Shown here: one piece after another, positions 37,043 through 49,815 of the stretch
Position numbering within the stretch: position 1 is the first letter of the stretch
Layout of the letters: every line of letters begins with the position of its first letter
Source of the DNA: Mizuhopecten yessoensis
Lineage: Eukaryota
Assembly: GCF_002113885.1 (NCBI RefSeq)
Contig: NW_018404373.1
Coordinates: 122,737-186,736, forward strand
Direction of reading: 5' to 3'
DNA: 64,000 nucleotides
Notes under the pieces: model-generated
The model's database searches: none
What the model was told of the DNA's origin: nothing
What the model saw: the letters and a program-made list of their open reading frames with translations, nothing else
Made by a program: the position numbers and the translations under genes

Positions 37043-38214
37043 GAGACTAAAAGCATTCAACAACAAGCGATAAACGATGAATAATACAGCACGTATTAAC
37101 TATTTATGTTCCCATCCCCTCCACACACGAGTACACACTTATTTATCCAGTTATTCTACAAGAGATAAATCATGTAAAATTAGAACGTTATGGTTCACAA
37201 TCCCCTGTGCCCGTATCTAGCTCATTACTTTGTCCCGACGACTCTATTGACACTCCTCAGATCGTGGAGATTTAAAGGGTTTACATTTACATAATTAGAG
37301 TAATAGTTACTGTGTACACATTCCGATAACGTCGCTAATTATAGCATTACTTTTGTATGTCTGTTACAAAGACCCCCTAAGCCTCAACGATAATACCGAC
37401 GACACAGCCACAGACAATTAATACTGCTACATCACTCAGTAAGAAACCTGTTTCACTGGTGCTCAACGTGTAATCATGTGTGTTTGAAAAGAAAAGAAAA
37501 ATGCTGACGAATTCATAAAGTTATGTCATTCTGATAAAAAAGAAAAATCATTTTGTTGAAGAGTACACAAACAGCCAGCGTATTCTAAAACGTGGGAAAA
37601 TGATAATTCTTCCTCACAGTTTTACAAAATATTTTTTTCTGGTAGGAATAGAAACATTTGATACCTTGAACGACACCAATACAAGTTACAAACAAAGGAA
37701 CACGCCAACCATTGTTTCACTAAAGCCATTGACGCTGAAGATAAACCAATTCACGTATACGATGAATCCGATAAACCGGTTTCACACGTGAAATTTCGAC
37801 CGTTTTATAGTTTACACAAACAAAATGGCCACCAAAATACAGATTTGGGAGCTATCTTGAAACATTTCTACAATACATCCCTACCTATGTTTTGAGGGTC
37901 AATCAATGCAATCTCCGACAAACAGTTTATGCGCCAGTTACTAGTGAAGTACATAATAGTTCGTGTGTCATTGCTCAATGCTTATTTTCCAACTTTACTC
38001 CAAAACACCTCTCGATGCTTATTCAGTAATGCCAGTGTCAATAGTCTCAATCATAGATGCCTTATCTTACGTCTAGCATAGAAGAAATTGTTTGCACACT
38101 GACTGTGCTTATACAATGTATAAAGAGTATGCCTATCAATCTGATACTGACATACACAGGTGTTTCCTTCGTCCGGTACTTCTAGTGATTATATTACGTC
38201 ACAAAATGAGGGAC

Positions 38215-39618
38215 TCTACTGGTGGACTATCAGTCCCAGAGATTGGCTGTAACCCTGTATCTACTGGTGGACTATCAGCCCCAGAGATTGGCTGTAACCC
38301 TGTATCTACTGGTGGACTACCAGTCCCAGATAATGGCTGTAACCTTGTATCTACTGGTGGGCTATCAGTCCCAGATAATGGCTGTAACCTTGTATCTACT
38401 GGTGGACTATCAGTCCCAGAGATTGGCTGTAACCTTGTTTCTACTGGTGGGCTATCAGTCCCAGACCTTAAATGACCATAGCTGTTGATAGGACGTTAAA
38501 CAATACTAAACCAAAACCTTGTAATTACGGGTGGACTCTTGTATCTACTGATGGGCTACCAGTCCCAGAGATGTGCTGGAACCTTGTATCTACTGGTGGA
38601 CTATCAGTCCTAGAGATTGGCTGTAACCTTGTATCTACTGGTGGACTATCAGTCCCAGAGATTGGCTGTAACCTTGTTTCTACTGGTGGGCTATCAGTCC
38701 TAGAGATTGGCTGTAACCTTGTATCTACTGGTGGACTATCAGTCCAAGAGATTGGCTGTAACCTTGTTTCTACTGGTGGACTATCAGTCCTAGAGATTGG
38801 CTGTAACCTTGTATCTACTGGTGGACTATCAGCCCCAGAGATTGGCTGGAACCTTGTATCTACTGGTGGGCTATCAGTCCTAGAGATTGGCTGGAACCTT
38901 GTATCTACTGGTGGACTATCAGTCCTAGAGCTTGGCTGTAACCTTGTATCTACTGGTGGACTATCAGTCCCAGATATAGGCTGTAACCTTGTATCTACTG
39001 GTGGACTATCAGTGCCAGAGATTGGCTGTAACCTTGTATCTACTGGTGGACTATCAGTCCAAGAGATTGGCTGTAACCTTGTTTCTACTGGTGGGCTATC
39101 AGTCCTAGAGATTGGCTGTAACCTTGTATCTACTGATGGGCTACCAGTCCCAGAGATGTGCTGGAACCTTGTATCTACTGGTGGACTATCAGTCCCAGAG
39201 ATTGGCTGTAACCTTGTTTCTACTTGTGGGCTATCAGTCCCAGAGATTGGCTGTAACCTTGTATCTTCTGGTGGACTATCAGTCCCAGAGATTGGCTGTA
39301 ACCTTTATCTTCTGGTGGGCTATAAGTCCCAGAGATTGGCTGTAACCTTTATCTTCTGGTGAACTAGCAGTCCCAGAGATTGGCTGTAACCTTGTATCTA
39401 CTGGTGGACTATCAGTCCCAGAGATTTGCTGTAACCTTGTATCTACTGGTGGACTATCAGTCCTAGAGATTGGCTGTAACCTTGTATCTACTGGTGGACT
39501 ATCAGTCCCAGAGATTGGCTGTATCCTTGTATCTACTGGTGGACTATCAGTCCCAGAGATTTGCTGTAACCTTGTATCTACTGGTGGGCTATCAGTCCCA
39601 GAGATTGGCTGTAACCTT
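38215..39618. repeat. Minisatellite, 45-bp unit, ~29 copies
   Basis: TCTACTGGTGGACTATCAGTCCCAGAGATTGGCTGTAACCTTGTA. Confidence 0.97.
38466..38516 (+). mobile_element. Isolated SINE 3' tail inserted in the 45-bp array
   Basis: CCTTAAATGACCATAGCTGTTGATAGGACGTTAAACAATACTAAACCAAA matches the tails at ~40492-40544 and ~41709-41766. Confidence 0.85.
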
Positions 39619-39782
39619 TTAGCTGGAATTAATCTGGTTTAAATGAAATATTAGATAAAGAGTAAATAATCTGTTGTATCCAATAGTTGTAAACGTAACC
39701 TCAAAAAGGGATGTATAGGCACCTCTCCTCGTACACAACATTTCTACGTGTTTCGGAACCCTTTAGTGACGGATTTCCTTTC

Positions 39783-40313
39783 TGTTGACCTTAAGTACCA
39801 CTGGTCAGTCCCGGGACGAAGTGAACATAATTATGGTACTGTTACCTTAAGTACCACTGGTCAGTCACGGGACGAAGTGACCATATGGTGTTGTTACCTT
39901 AAGTACTACTGGTCAGTTCCGGGACGAAGTGACCATATGGTGCTGTTACCTTAAGTAATACTGGTCAGTCCCGGGACGAAGGGAACATAATTATGGTACT
40001 GTTACCTTAAGTCCCACTGGTCAGTCCCGGGACGAAGGGAACATATGGTGCTGTTACCTTAAGTAATCCTGGTCAGTCCCGTGACGAAGTGACCATATGG
40101 TGCTGTTACCTTAAGTCCCACTGGTCAGTCCCGGGACGAAGGGAACATATGGTGCTGTTACCTTAAGTAATCCTGGTCAGTCCCGTGACGAAGTGACCAT
40201 ATGGTGCTGTTTCCTTAAGTAATACTGGTCAGTCCCGGGACGAAGGGAACATAATTATGGTACTGTTACCTTAAGTACCACTGGTCAGTCCCGGGACGAA
40301 GTGACCATATGGT
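39783..40313. repeat. Minisatellite, 52/56-bp unit, ~10 copies
   Basis: TGTTACCTTAAGTACCACTGGTCAGTCCCGGGACGAAGTGACCATATGGTGC. Confidence 0.96.
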
Positions 40314-40323
40314 TCGTATTTCA

Positions 40324-40544
40324 GGGGTCGCGGTGGCCGAGTGGTTAAGGCGTCTGAACGTCTTGATCGCTATAGTCCTCCGCCGCTGGGTCGCGGGTTC
40401 GATGCCTACGTTGGCAGTCGCTAGTGTCGCCGGGTACTGTCCGCGGGTCGGTGGTTTTTCTCCGGGAACTCCGGTTTTCCTCCATCAACGTCCTTAAATG
40501 ACCATAGCTGTTAATAGGACGTAAAACACAAACCATACCAAACC
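40324..40544 (+). mobile_element. Full-length tRNA-derived SINE with V-domain-like core
   Basis: A box TGGCCGAGTGG; B box GGTTCGATGCC; core GGTTTTTCTCCGGGAACTCCGGTTTTCCTCC; tail ending in AAACC-like repeats; probable TSD TTCGTATTTC/TTCATATTTC. Confidence 0.9.
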
Positions 40545-40934
40545 TTCATATTTCTAGTAATTATATTATGCAAACATTAGTGTGTGCATCGTAATACGAA
40601 TTCATGTATGGCAACAACACTTCATACAGTTCCTCTAGCATACTCAAGAAATCATTTCCGGGCATTTGTCTGATATAGGACTCATTGAGGTAAGTGAGGG
40701 CTGCAGTCATCTTGTTTCAATCCCCTGTCCATGTGTGTAGGAAGCTCGGGTACAGCACAGCGAGCATTTCCCCAAACCATTGCTTAGCATTGTACAAGCT
40801 TCGATATAAATCGGAGAACCTTACTTGTTTTTGACAATGATTTTAATTTCACAGACTTAAGTGATAAATGTCGATGCCTTGCTGCACTAAAATAATTTGA
40901 TTTTGTGCACATATGCAGACAAAAACATCAGTGT

Positions 40935-41025
40935 CCTTTTACGACATAACTTTAATAAACTAGCCTTTTACGACATAACTTAATAAACTAGCCTTTTACG
41001 ACATAACTTTAATAAACTAGCCTTA
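40935..41025. repeat. Short tandem repeat, ~29-bp unit, 3 copies
   Basis: CCTTTTACGACATAACTTTAATAAACTAG. Confidence 0.9.
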
Positions 41026-41708
41026 CACAGTATGTTACACGAACATATTGTCAGTTTCTATACATGTATGGCTCTTAGTTGTGTCAAATCGGTGATTACC
41101 ATTTTACTATCATACTTCCGGTTCATCTCTTTTCCTTCGGCAACTAACATAGCGTTGTCAAAACGTGACTGAAAACACAGTTCATCAGACAATAATTGCA
41201 AAATCGATTGTATCATAACATAGTGACAGGAAGATTTTCCATCGTCTAGGAACAAACTCATCACGACCTTCAACAAGATATCTGGTGGTCTAACCGCGTT
41301 TGTGTGTCTTGTACAATTTTGAAGCCTGTGGATATTGTCTGGTACGTCAAGAAACGGCTATAAAAACAAATGGTATGGTTTTTAACAACATGTAACGAAA
41401 TTTAGTAACACATTTGTTATCATTTCTTGCATTATTAGGGTTTGATACCACCAAAATTTTAGCATGGATAGTCTTCATAGAGCACCAACAATTGCTCGAA
41501 GTATTGGAATCTTTGAACTCACAAGAAGACGATTCGATTTTCAGAACCGCAGCATATGTATATAGAACATGACCAAGTTCTGATGAAGCAGCAAGGCATG
41601 TACTTTAATTATCAAGACTGGGAAACTATAGGAACAATGTCACCAACGAGCGATTCGCTTCGCTTCTATATGTCGCGCAAGGGTTTGGGGAAGTGCTCAC
41701 TTTGCAGT

Positions 41709-42203
41709 TTGGTTTGGTTTAGTTTAGTATTGTTTAACGTCCTATCAACAGCTATGGTCATTCAATGACGGCCTCCCCTGTGTGCAAGATGCATGTGTGT
41801 AGTGTATGCGCGTGTGTTTTGGGAGCGTGTGGAAATGATGCCGACTTCACAGTGCTACCTCACTGAAACATACTGCCGAAGACACCCAGCCGGTCACATT
41901 ATAATGACAACGGGCGAACCAGTCGTCCCACTTCTAAATTGCTGAGCGTTAAGCAGGAGTAGAAACTACCATATGTACAGACTCTGGTATGTCTCGGACA
42001 CTCCCAGGGGACAGAACCCAAAGCCTTCCTCACAGGGGCGAACGCTCAACTAAAGGCCAAAAGTGAGGCATTTTCAAGGGAGACATTAGGAAGAATAAAG
42101 TTGTTTAGAAAGAAGAGAAAAGATAAGATCCCAAATTAAGTCGACTCTTACGATCATGCAATAGGGGCAGCAGGTACAATTCTTACGCCCTACCTGCAGC
42201 GAC
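41709..42203 (-). mobile_element. Composite SINE-like retroposon: structured 5' leader, degenerate tRNA-like head, Meta-like core and shared tail
   Basis: Flanked by a 15-bp TSD TGCTCACTTTG(C/A)AGT; core GACTGGTTCGCCCGTTGTCATTATAATGTGACC...TTCAGTGAGGTAGCAC; same 3' tail as the V-type SINE. Confidence 0.8.
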
Positions 42204-43962
42204 TGCTCACTTTGAAGTATCTGACATGCAAACACAAGTCATTTTCGCTCCCGTTGTTACGATGTTATTGTGGAAATGGGTTCACGAATGGTCCAAATGT
42301 CACTAAGGCGGCCATTTTGTTGATGCAAATAAGACATTTAAATAAAGAAAAAGTCGCTTGGCAACCGCGTTTACCAAATTCAGCATATAAAAATACACAA
42401 AAACATCGACATCTTTCAAATGTTTCTATGAGTGAAAACTTTTCGGTAAAGTCTGGTTTAAAACACTGTAAGTTCTCTGTCGTTTTTTGAAATTCAATGG
42501 GCAGTGACAAAATCGACAAAAGATAAGCGAGAATATAGGGAGACGCTCATATTAGAAAATTTCGACCTTACAACTACAACATTACAAAATAAGGAGAGAA
42601 AAAATCAAGACATATACGTTTGCTAAGTTATAGTTTCCAATTTGAATTGAAGTTAAAGGCATGGATACAAGATTAGTTTCCGGAAAATGAAGTTTGGACC
42701 CTGGTTTGTTGAATTCCTGACATTTCCATTAAACGCTAGCCTGGTCGATAAGAGAGATCAAGAGGCACAGGAAGGTTCGGAAACTTGTGTTATATATTAT
42801 TTTACCTCAGATGTGTTCATATTAAGATAATTTAATTGTCAGAAAGTCATTGTTTATGGAGACTAAATACAACTAATACATAGTCGCCTACGTACACATC
42901 ACTGAGCAAAACGTCCGAATTTGTGAAGTTATCAGGTGAACGAGGCAGACAAACTATCTCGACCGTCTTCATTGTAAGCCTCCTATAAACAACACAGTTA
43001 GAGATAACGGTTAAGAAACGGTTCATAATTTAGATATGTAACAAATCATATGTTTATATATATAAAAAGACCAGCACAAGGCAAGTTTTTGTAGAAGAAT
43101 GTATACTGAAGGATTATAAGGCATTGATACCGTATACTTGTTGGGGCTTATATCTTATATAAAGACATAACTGTGGTGTTGATTTAGCCCCATGTATTGA
43201 CATACGAAAGAAATTGACATACTGATATCGGTTTTCTTTGTGCTCAAATCAAATAATGTCATTATCTGTTAAATTAGCAAGGTGAAATAAATCTACCCGA
43301 ATTTTTCAGAGTTTAACCTGAGTTTATTTTGACAAGTGGAGTAGCACATTATTAATATGGTGACTTTATGTTTGCGCCATAACAGCTGTCTCCTGACATT
43401 TTATTACATTTACTACCTCTGTATAACAGGCTTATCAAGAAATCGATTTCATGTCAGAAAGTGACAAGCCTCGTCAAGTAGGTGAAGAATTTGCGGTTGA
43501 CCTGTTTTCGAGTGCCGTTTAAATAACCCATCCAAATCGTCGTAATTATCGCCAAGTCGCTTCCCTGTATAATAAACTGTTCCACAATTAACTCGCATGG
43601 TCTAGCGAGCTCCCCGATTTTATCGTTAGTGGATCAAAGATATTTTTTTACCGCAATCATGCAAAATTATAGTGAATTGATTAAAAAGTGTTCTCTGTAC
43701 AATTACACTCATATTAATTTCACGACTCATCTCAGTATATAAGCCGTGCTGTTGTTGTCAAATGTGAATCTCAAGTTAAAGGATCCCACTGCCAAAAAAA
43801 GGGTAGCTTTAGGTATGGGAATCTGGTTTGTTTCTCGGTATAACTATAGCTTGTATATTGTGTTTCTCAAAAGAAAACCAGATCTTGCGGGATATTTATT
43901 AGAAATGATAAAAATGAACACAATGACGGTGTAGCTAAGTGTACACTTTCAGCGGGACAAGA

Positions 43963-44237
43963 CCCGGGCCCGTATTCATGACACTGTTCTTAGGCTCAAG
44001 CATGATCACTGTGTTTACGCCGGCTTTCTTGTAACCTGCTTTAATCATGTAACATGGACATAAAGTCGAATGTAAACACTGAAAACAGTAATCGGCTTAA
44101 CGTCTTTCAAAATTTCTTACATATCATCGACAAAATATGATATATTTTTTTTATTAATTTAACTGGCAAATTAAATTGGGCTTGAGCAAAGAACCTGAGT
44201 TTGAGCATGAGAACGGTTCCATGAATACAGGCCCGGG
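43963..44237. mobile_element. ~270-bp MITE with TIR GGGCCCGTATTCATG (superfamily uncertain, possibly Harbinger-like)
   Basis: CCCGGGCCCGTATTCATG ... CATGAATACAGGCCCGGG; inner GCTCAAGC/GCTTGAGC arms. Confidence 0.85.
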
Positions 44238-44310
44238 ATTCGAACTTTGGAGATCTGATTGTAGTGCTATCGCATCACCTCGTCAACAAAAGTGTCCAAC
44301 TGTCAAAACG

Positions 44311-44435
44311 GAAGTTAAGGGGAAGTTACTGTTTATAGGGAAAACACCGTGTATTGGGACAGGGATCCTTAAGGAAGTTAAGGGGAGGTTACTGTTTATA
44401 GGTAAAACACCGTGCAGTGGGACAGGGATCCTTAA
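44311..44435. repeat. Tandem duplication, ~62 bp, 2 copies
   Basis: GGAAGTTAAGGGGA.GTTACTGTTTATAGG.AAAACACCGTG.A.TGGGACAGGGATCCTTAA twice. Confidence 0.9.
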
Positions 44436-45396
44436 CTGATGAACATTTTCAACTACCTGACTTTTTCAATAAAAAATGTGTTTAAAGTTTCCAGTGATTA
44501 TTGCTGTTTCTATGGAGTTAACGTATAGTGATATAAAGAAATCCTGTTTAGAAAAAGAGCTTTCGAGCTTCTCTCATACAATTTCGTTTTTATGACTAAA
44601 GCATTTTTTTTGTAATAAACCATGTATTATAAACACGTTTGTAGCTAGACAAGTCAGTGTGTACCTTTGAAATGCACGGTTTTAATTATATAATACATCA
44701 GGTAACACCACCTAAGCACACTCTGCGTCATCTGAAGTGAAGATAAACATATATTTAACACCTGATTAGGTGAAGCTCGCGATCTCGGGAACAGTTATAT
44801 TTAAAGGATATGCATTCGGTCCTGACCAAGTGCGTCACGACCTTGAATAAGAGCAGCCTACCTGACAACATCAAAGCAAAGTGCTTTTTAGCCGACGAGG
44901 TGGGGCTGTGTTTACACCCGTTGATTAAGTGTACGGTTTGTGGTAATGATTCAGAACGTGATGTTCGTCGTGGGAACCGGGCATATCTCTATTTGTATCG
45001 TTTTTATGTTGTTTATTTGTTTTTCCTTTGTTCAAAGTGTTTTATTTCGATGATTCTTCAAGTGACAGTTATTAGCGCTGTTATTTCCGAGAGATGCACG
45101 TTATGGAAGCGATGTAATTAGCGCTGGTATTGCACAGCGATGTAATTAGCGCTGGTATCGCACAGCGATGTTTCTTGCAGAAACATGTTTACACCATTGT
45201 ACGTTATAAGTAACCAAGGTTATTTTCATAGCGTTTGTCTTGTGGAAACATGTACTCGCTATTAGTGTAAATATTTGGTATTGCATGCATTCAGTGGGAA
45301 ATTTACAAGATATTTAACATACATAACACAAGTTCAATGCCGAAATACTATTAAACCTAACATATTTACATGAGTATTAGTTCTATTTACTACACT

Positions 45397-45800
45397 GTTT
45401 GTTTATTTGTTTGTGTTTTACGTCCTATCAACAGCTATGGTCATGCATGCCCTCACCCGGGTGAGAAATCGTGTCGGGATGAGAAATCGTGTTGCGAACG
45501 TAGCAATTCTAGCACGATTTCACCGTTTAGTTTAACAACCTTGACTCCTCCGTGGTTACAGCTTTGGTTTGAAGGCAGATTGTTTTACATCATACCCATA
45601 GCGTCAGAAGTTATTACATAGTTTGCAGTTTGGTTAGAGGACGTGTCAGGTGGTGGTGGTGGAGGAAGCTCCCGGCGAAAAACAACCGACGGCCGGTACC
45701 TGGCGACTGCCCAACGTAGGTATCGAACCCGCGACCTAGTTGCGGAGGCTAGTGATAGCAGAATGTCAGACGCCTTAACCATTTGGCCACCGCGCCCACA
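45397..45800 (-). mobile_element. Second V-type tRNA SINE, interrupted by a ~190-bp insertion
   Basis: Reverse complement GGGCGCGGTGGCCAAATGGTTAAGGCGTCTGA...GGTTCGATACC; tail at 45397-45443; TACACT on both flanks. Confidence 0.85.
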
Positions 45801-46420
45801 TACACTATTGTAGTTTAGTGATTGCCAAAACCAATATCAAACCATTTTACTTTTACATAATTGTCTAATGCTAAGAGTTATCAAACATGAACTGCAATTA
45901 AGTATATACTTTGGTGAAATATGAATATGTTAAAAAATGAGATATAAACTTGTAAACAAAACCTTTTTCAAATTCACCTTTTTACCAAGGTATACCTTAC
46001 AATCTACATAGGAGACCGTGATTGTACTTCCATTTAGCAATAACAAGTGAGAGACGAACAACGTTAATTGCAGATGTTGACATAATTAATCGTTGCATTA
46101 AAGATTTCTTCGTGCACGTATTGACGCACGACGTCTCCACTACCTGTCAGCAACTGTCAAAAAATCCTTTACTGACACTTAAACATGATACAACCGTAAA
46201 TTATGTTTATCAGACGTATACAAACGTTCTGTTTTAGGAGAATCTTACTTCAGAAAAGAGACGTACACAAAATGAACCGACAGACGTTCTGGTAAGCTTT
46301 TGTTTAAATTCGATACACGTGTGAAAAGAACTAAGTAACCTCATCTAACGGATATACCTGTTCTTCACTCTTAATTTGGTCGTATGCCTCATTGATTCCA
46401 TTGTCAGTTAACACGAGGTT

Positions 46421-46650
46421 TCGTTTCCTAACTCCCATTTAAGTTGACACATATCTGTACAAGACACATACCATCAATATCAGTATTTCTAGGTCTCGTT
46501 TCCTAACTTCCATTTAAGTTGACACATATCTGTACAATACACATACCATCAATATCAGTATTTCTAGGTCTCGTTCCTAACTTCCATTTAAGTTGACACA
46601 TAACTGTACAATACATATACCATCAATTTCAGTATAACTAGGTCTCGTTC
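46421..46650. repeat. Tandem repeat, ~75-bp unit, 3 copies
   Basis: TCGTTTCCTAACT.CCATTTAAGTTGACACATA...CTAGGTC. Confidence 0.92.
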
Positions 46651-48844
46651 CCTGCTTCACATTGAAGAATTCTTTGGAAGTTTTTCTTTATGAAAATCTC
46701 TGATTGCCGCATATATTGATGCCTCCTGTCTTGATTCATGTAAACATTGTATATTTGTATGTCATACTTGGGTTATATGCATGTTTCTCATTTTGCTAAT
46801 TTTAACACGTGTTTTGGAACATTTAAGACACGTTTACGTTTTGTACCACAGAAGAGTACTAAATGTTGGCTGGCTGTATCGCCGGACTTGTCCATGCAGT
46901 TACTTCCTGATAACTATTTCTAGTGATTATGATACGACAGTGCTTTGTCACGTACTGCACATTAATGCAAACACATTTCAAAAACATTTATATTTTACTC
47001 CGATCATTAATATCGGACTTGGTATCATTTTTCAATACAGCATAATGCTAACGTGCGTGAATGGATCAAATGAATAAAACTCGTTTTCTCGAGAGATGAA
47101 ATACTAGACATTTAAACGTTCACACTTGAGCATTTTGTAATCTAAACATAGCATATAATTGTTTTGATAATTTGAAGGAGAAACACGTGACTGGAAACCA
47201 AATCCTGCTTTCGTGTTGTAGGCTCATCACACTTAAAACATTTGCTGACCTTATGTATGGATATCTTACCGTTTAAGGCAATACTTTAAAATCATATCTA
47301 TTATTATTTTCAATCGCATTGACAGTGGGTTTAATACGGAATGCATTAGTCATGGGGCTATCAAGATTTTGGCACCGACCATTTTCCCATACGTCCGCGG
47401 CCAAGTCTGGTACCGTATATACGTAGTGTATCTAATGTCGGTCGGGAGTGTGGGTGGAGGAAGGCGTAGGCCGTGTTTGTAAGGCTTTAGACAAAATCAC
47501 CCACGGCTATATGTTGTCTTTTGTAGGACACGTCCTCTCGTGTTTGTTGACAAAGAAATAGATGTACAAATATTGTTTACAAACAAATACAATTATTGAC
47601 TATCGAGCTGTTGAAAACTGATGCACTGTGTACCAGTTTGGTTACAAATATGAAATAGGAAAATGTCTTCCTCGTTTGTACTGTATTTGTATTGTTTTCT
47701 GGCCCGTTGACAATTTAAAGTCATATTGGTCCAAAAGTTCTCATTTTTGAACGATCTATGTATAAAAAGACTTTTAAGTTTTCTCTGAAAACGTAAATAT
47801 TGTGACGTCTGAGAAAAAGTAGTATTGCATTCATAAATTCCAAATATATACTTGTAAAACAGGCAGTGTCAGTTGTTTCAGGCCATACACTATCTTTAAC
47901 CTTCCCACCTTTTGTTCTTTTTATTATTCTTTATTAGTATTAGATTTTAAAGCATGCTATACAACCGGAAATTTACAAATTAAACGCTACGATATAAAGA
48001 TATTAACAAGTTCAGTGGACAGGACAGGTTATATTATAATTCCTCTCTAAGCCCCGAACAATCACCATCTTTTGTTTTTTCTGTATATAACTTTGATATA
48101 TGGGACAAGAAACTAATTGCACTAATACGAACCGATTGTTATATACATTTTTAGCTTCAAAAAACATTCGCGGCTATTGCTGAAACTGATACTGCGATAT
48201 TTCATGTAAAAAAATGTTTTTCGTTCATTTTATTTATTTATTTACCAAATTCTTAACGATAAAATGATACTTAAAAAAGTCCTTTTGTGTCTATTGCTGA
48301 AAATGACACTTTAATACTTCCTGTTAGCTATTATTGTAAGCTGATTGTATTTCCCTGCTTGTGTTTGTCTGTATACGCCTTGTGTTGTTTCTGCCCTTAC
48401 TTTGTCAGCTAAAAAGTACCTTGTTTTAGATGTAGAAACTCCCTTTAAAGCTTGTGTTCGAATTTAAACTGATACATTTATCAGGGTTCATTCTCGCACT
48501 AAGCCGTGTCGAGTACCTTGTACTACCTGTTCTCACGCTCGTACTTGGCATCCATTCATCAATTTAAGCGAATCGTCACTTCTCCGGCCAGTTTGGTCAA
48601 TACACATCTGGTCAACAACTCGTTAGAGTGACCAAGCGTGTGAATTACAGACGACTCAATCTAACATTATTACTGGATTACGGTTGATAATCCAATGCTG
48701 TTTGGCGGTTATAAGCCCCACATAACCCTAGTACATATTGACATAGATTATCCAAAATTAATTGGCAAACACTAAGTAGCCTCCGATCAGGGCAGGGTTT
48801 ACGTTTCTTCACGAACTACGAATCTAATGCTATGCTAATCATCA

Positions 48845-49815
48845 CAACTTACAAACATGCCTCTTAACCATATCAAGCAACAAAATTGCAACTTACAAAA
48901 CGGTCTCTTAAGAATACCAAGCATCAAAATTGCAACTTACAAACAGGTCTCTTAAGAATACCAAACATCAAAAATGCAACTTACAAAACGGTCTCTTAAG
49001 AATACCAAGCATCAAAATTCCACTTACAAACAGGTCTCTTAAGAATACCAAGCATCAGAAATGCAACTTACAAACAGGTATCTTAAGAATACCAAGCATC
49101 AAAAATGCAACTTACAAAACGGTCTCTTAAGAATACCAATCATCAAAATTGCAACTTACAAACAGGTCTGTTAAGAATACCAAGCATCAAAAATGCAACT
49201 TACAAACAGGTCTGTTAAGAATACCAAGCATCAAAATTGCAACTTACAAACAGGTATCTTAAGAATACCAAGCATCAAAAATGCAACGTACAAACAGGTC
49301 TCTTAAGAATACCAAGCATCAAAAATGCAACTTACAAACAGGTCTCTTAAGAATACCAAACATCAGAAATGCAACTTACAAAACGGTCTCTTAAGAATAC
49401 CAAGCATCAAAAATGCAACTTACAAAACGGTCTCTTAAGAATACCAAACATCAAAAATGCAACTTACAAACAGGTCTCTTAAGAATACCAAGCATCAAAA
49501 ATGCAACTAACAAAACGATCTCTTAAGAATACCAAGCATCAAAAATGCAACTTACAAACAGGTCTGTTAGGAATACCAAGCATCAAAAATGCAACTTACA
49601 AAACGGTCTCTTAAGAATACCAAACATCCAAAATGCAACTTACAAACAGGTCTCTTAACAATACCAAGCATCAAAAATGCAACTAACAAAACGATCGCTT
49701 AAGAATACCAAGCATCAAAAATGCAAATTACAAAACGGTCTCTTAAGAATACCAAGCAACAAAAATGCAACTTACAAAACGGTCTCTTAAGAATACCAAA
49801 CATCAAAAATGCAAA
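48845..49815. repeat. Minisatellite, 44-bp unit, ~22 copies
   Basis: TTAAGAATACCAAGCATCAAAAATGCAACTTACAAACAGGTCTC. Confidence 0.97.

Noticed and set aside
38092-39362. 296-aa and neighbouring STGGLSVPEIGCNLV-repeat ORFs
   Set aside because: Translation of a 45-bp tandem repeat; the ATG comes from an inserted SINE tail.
40324-40410. tRNA gene
   Set aside because: A and B boxes are present but there is no clean cloverleaf; it continues into a SINE core and tail, has a TSD, and has a second copy at 45800.
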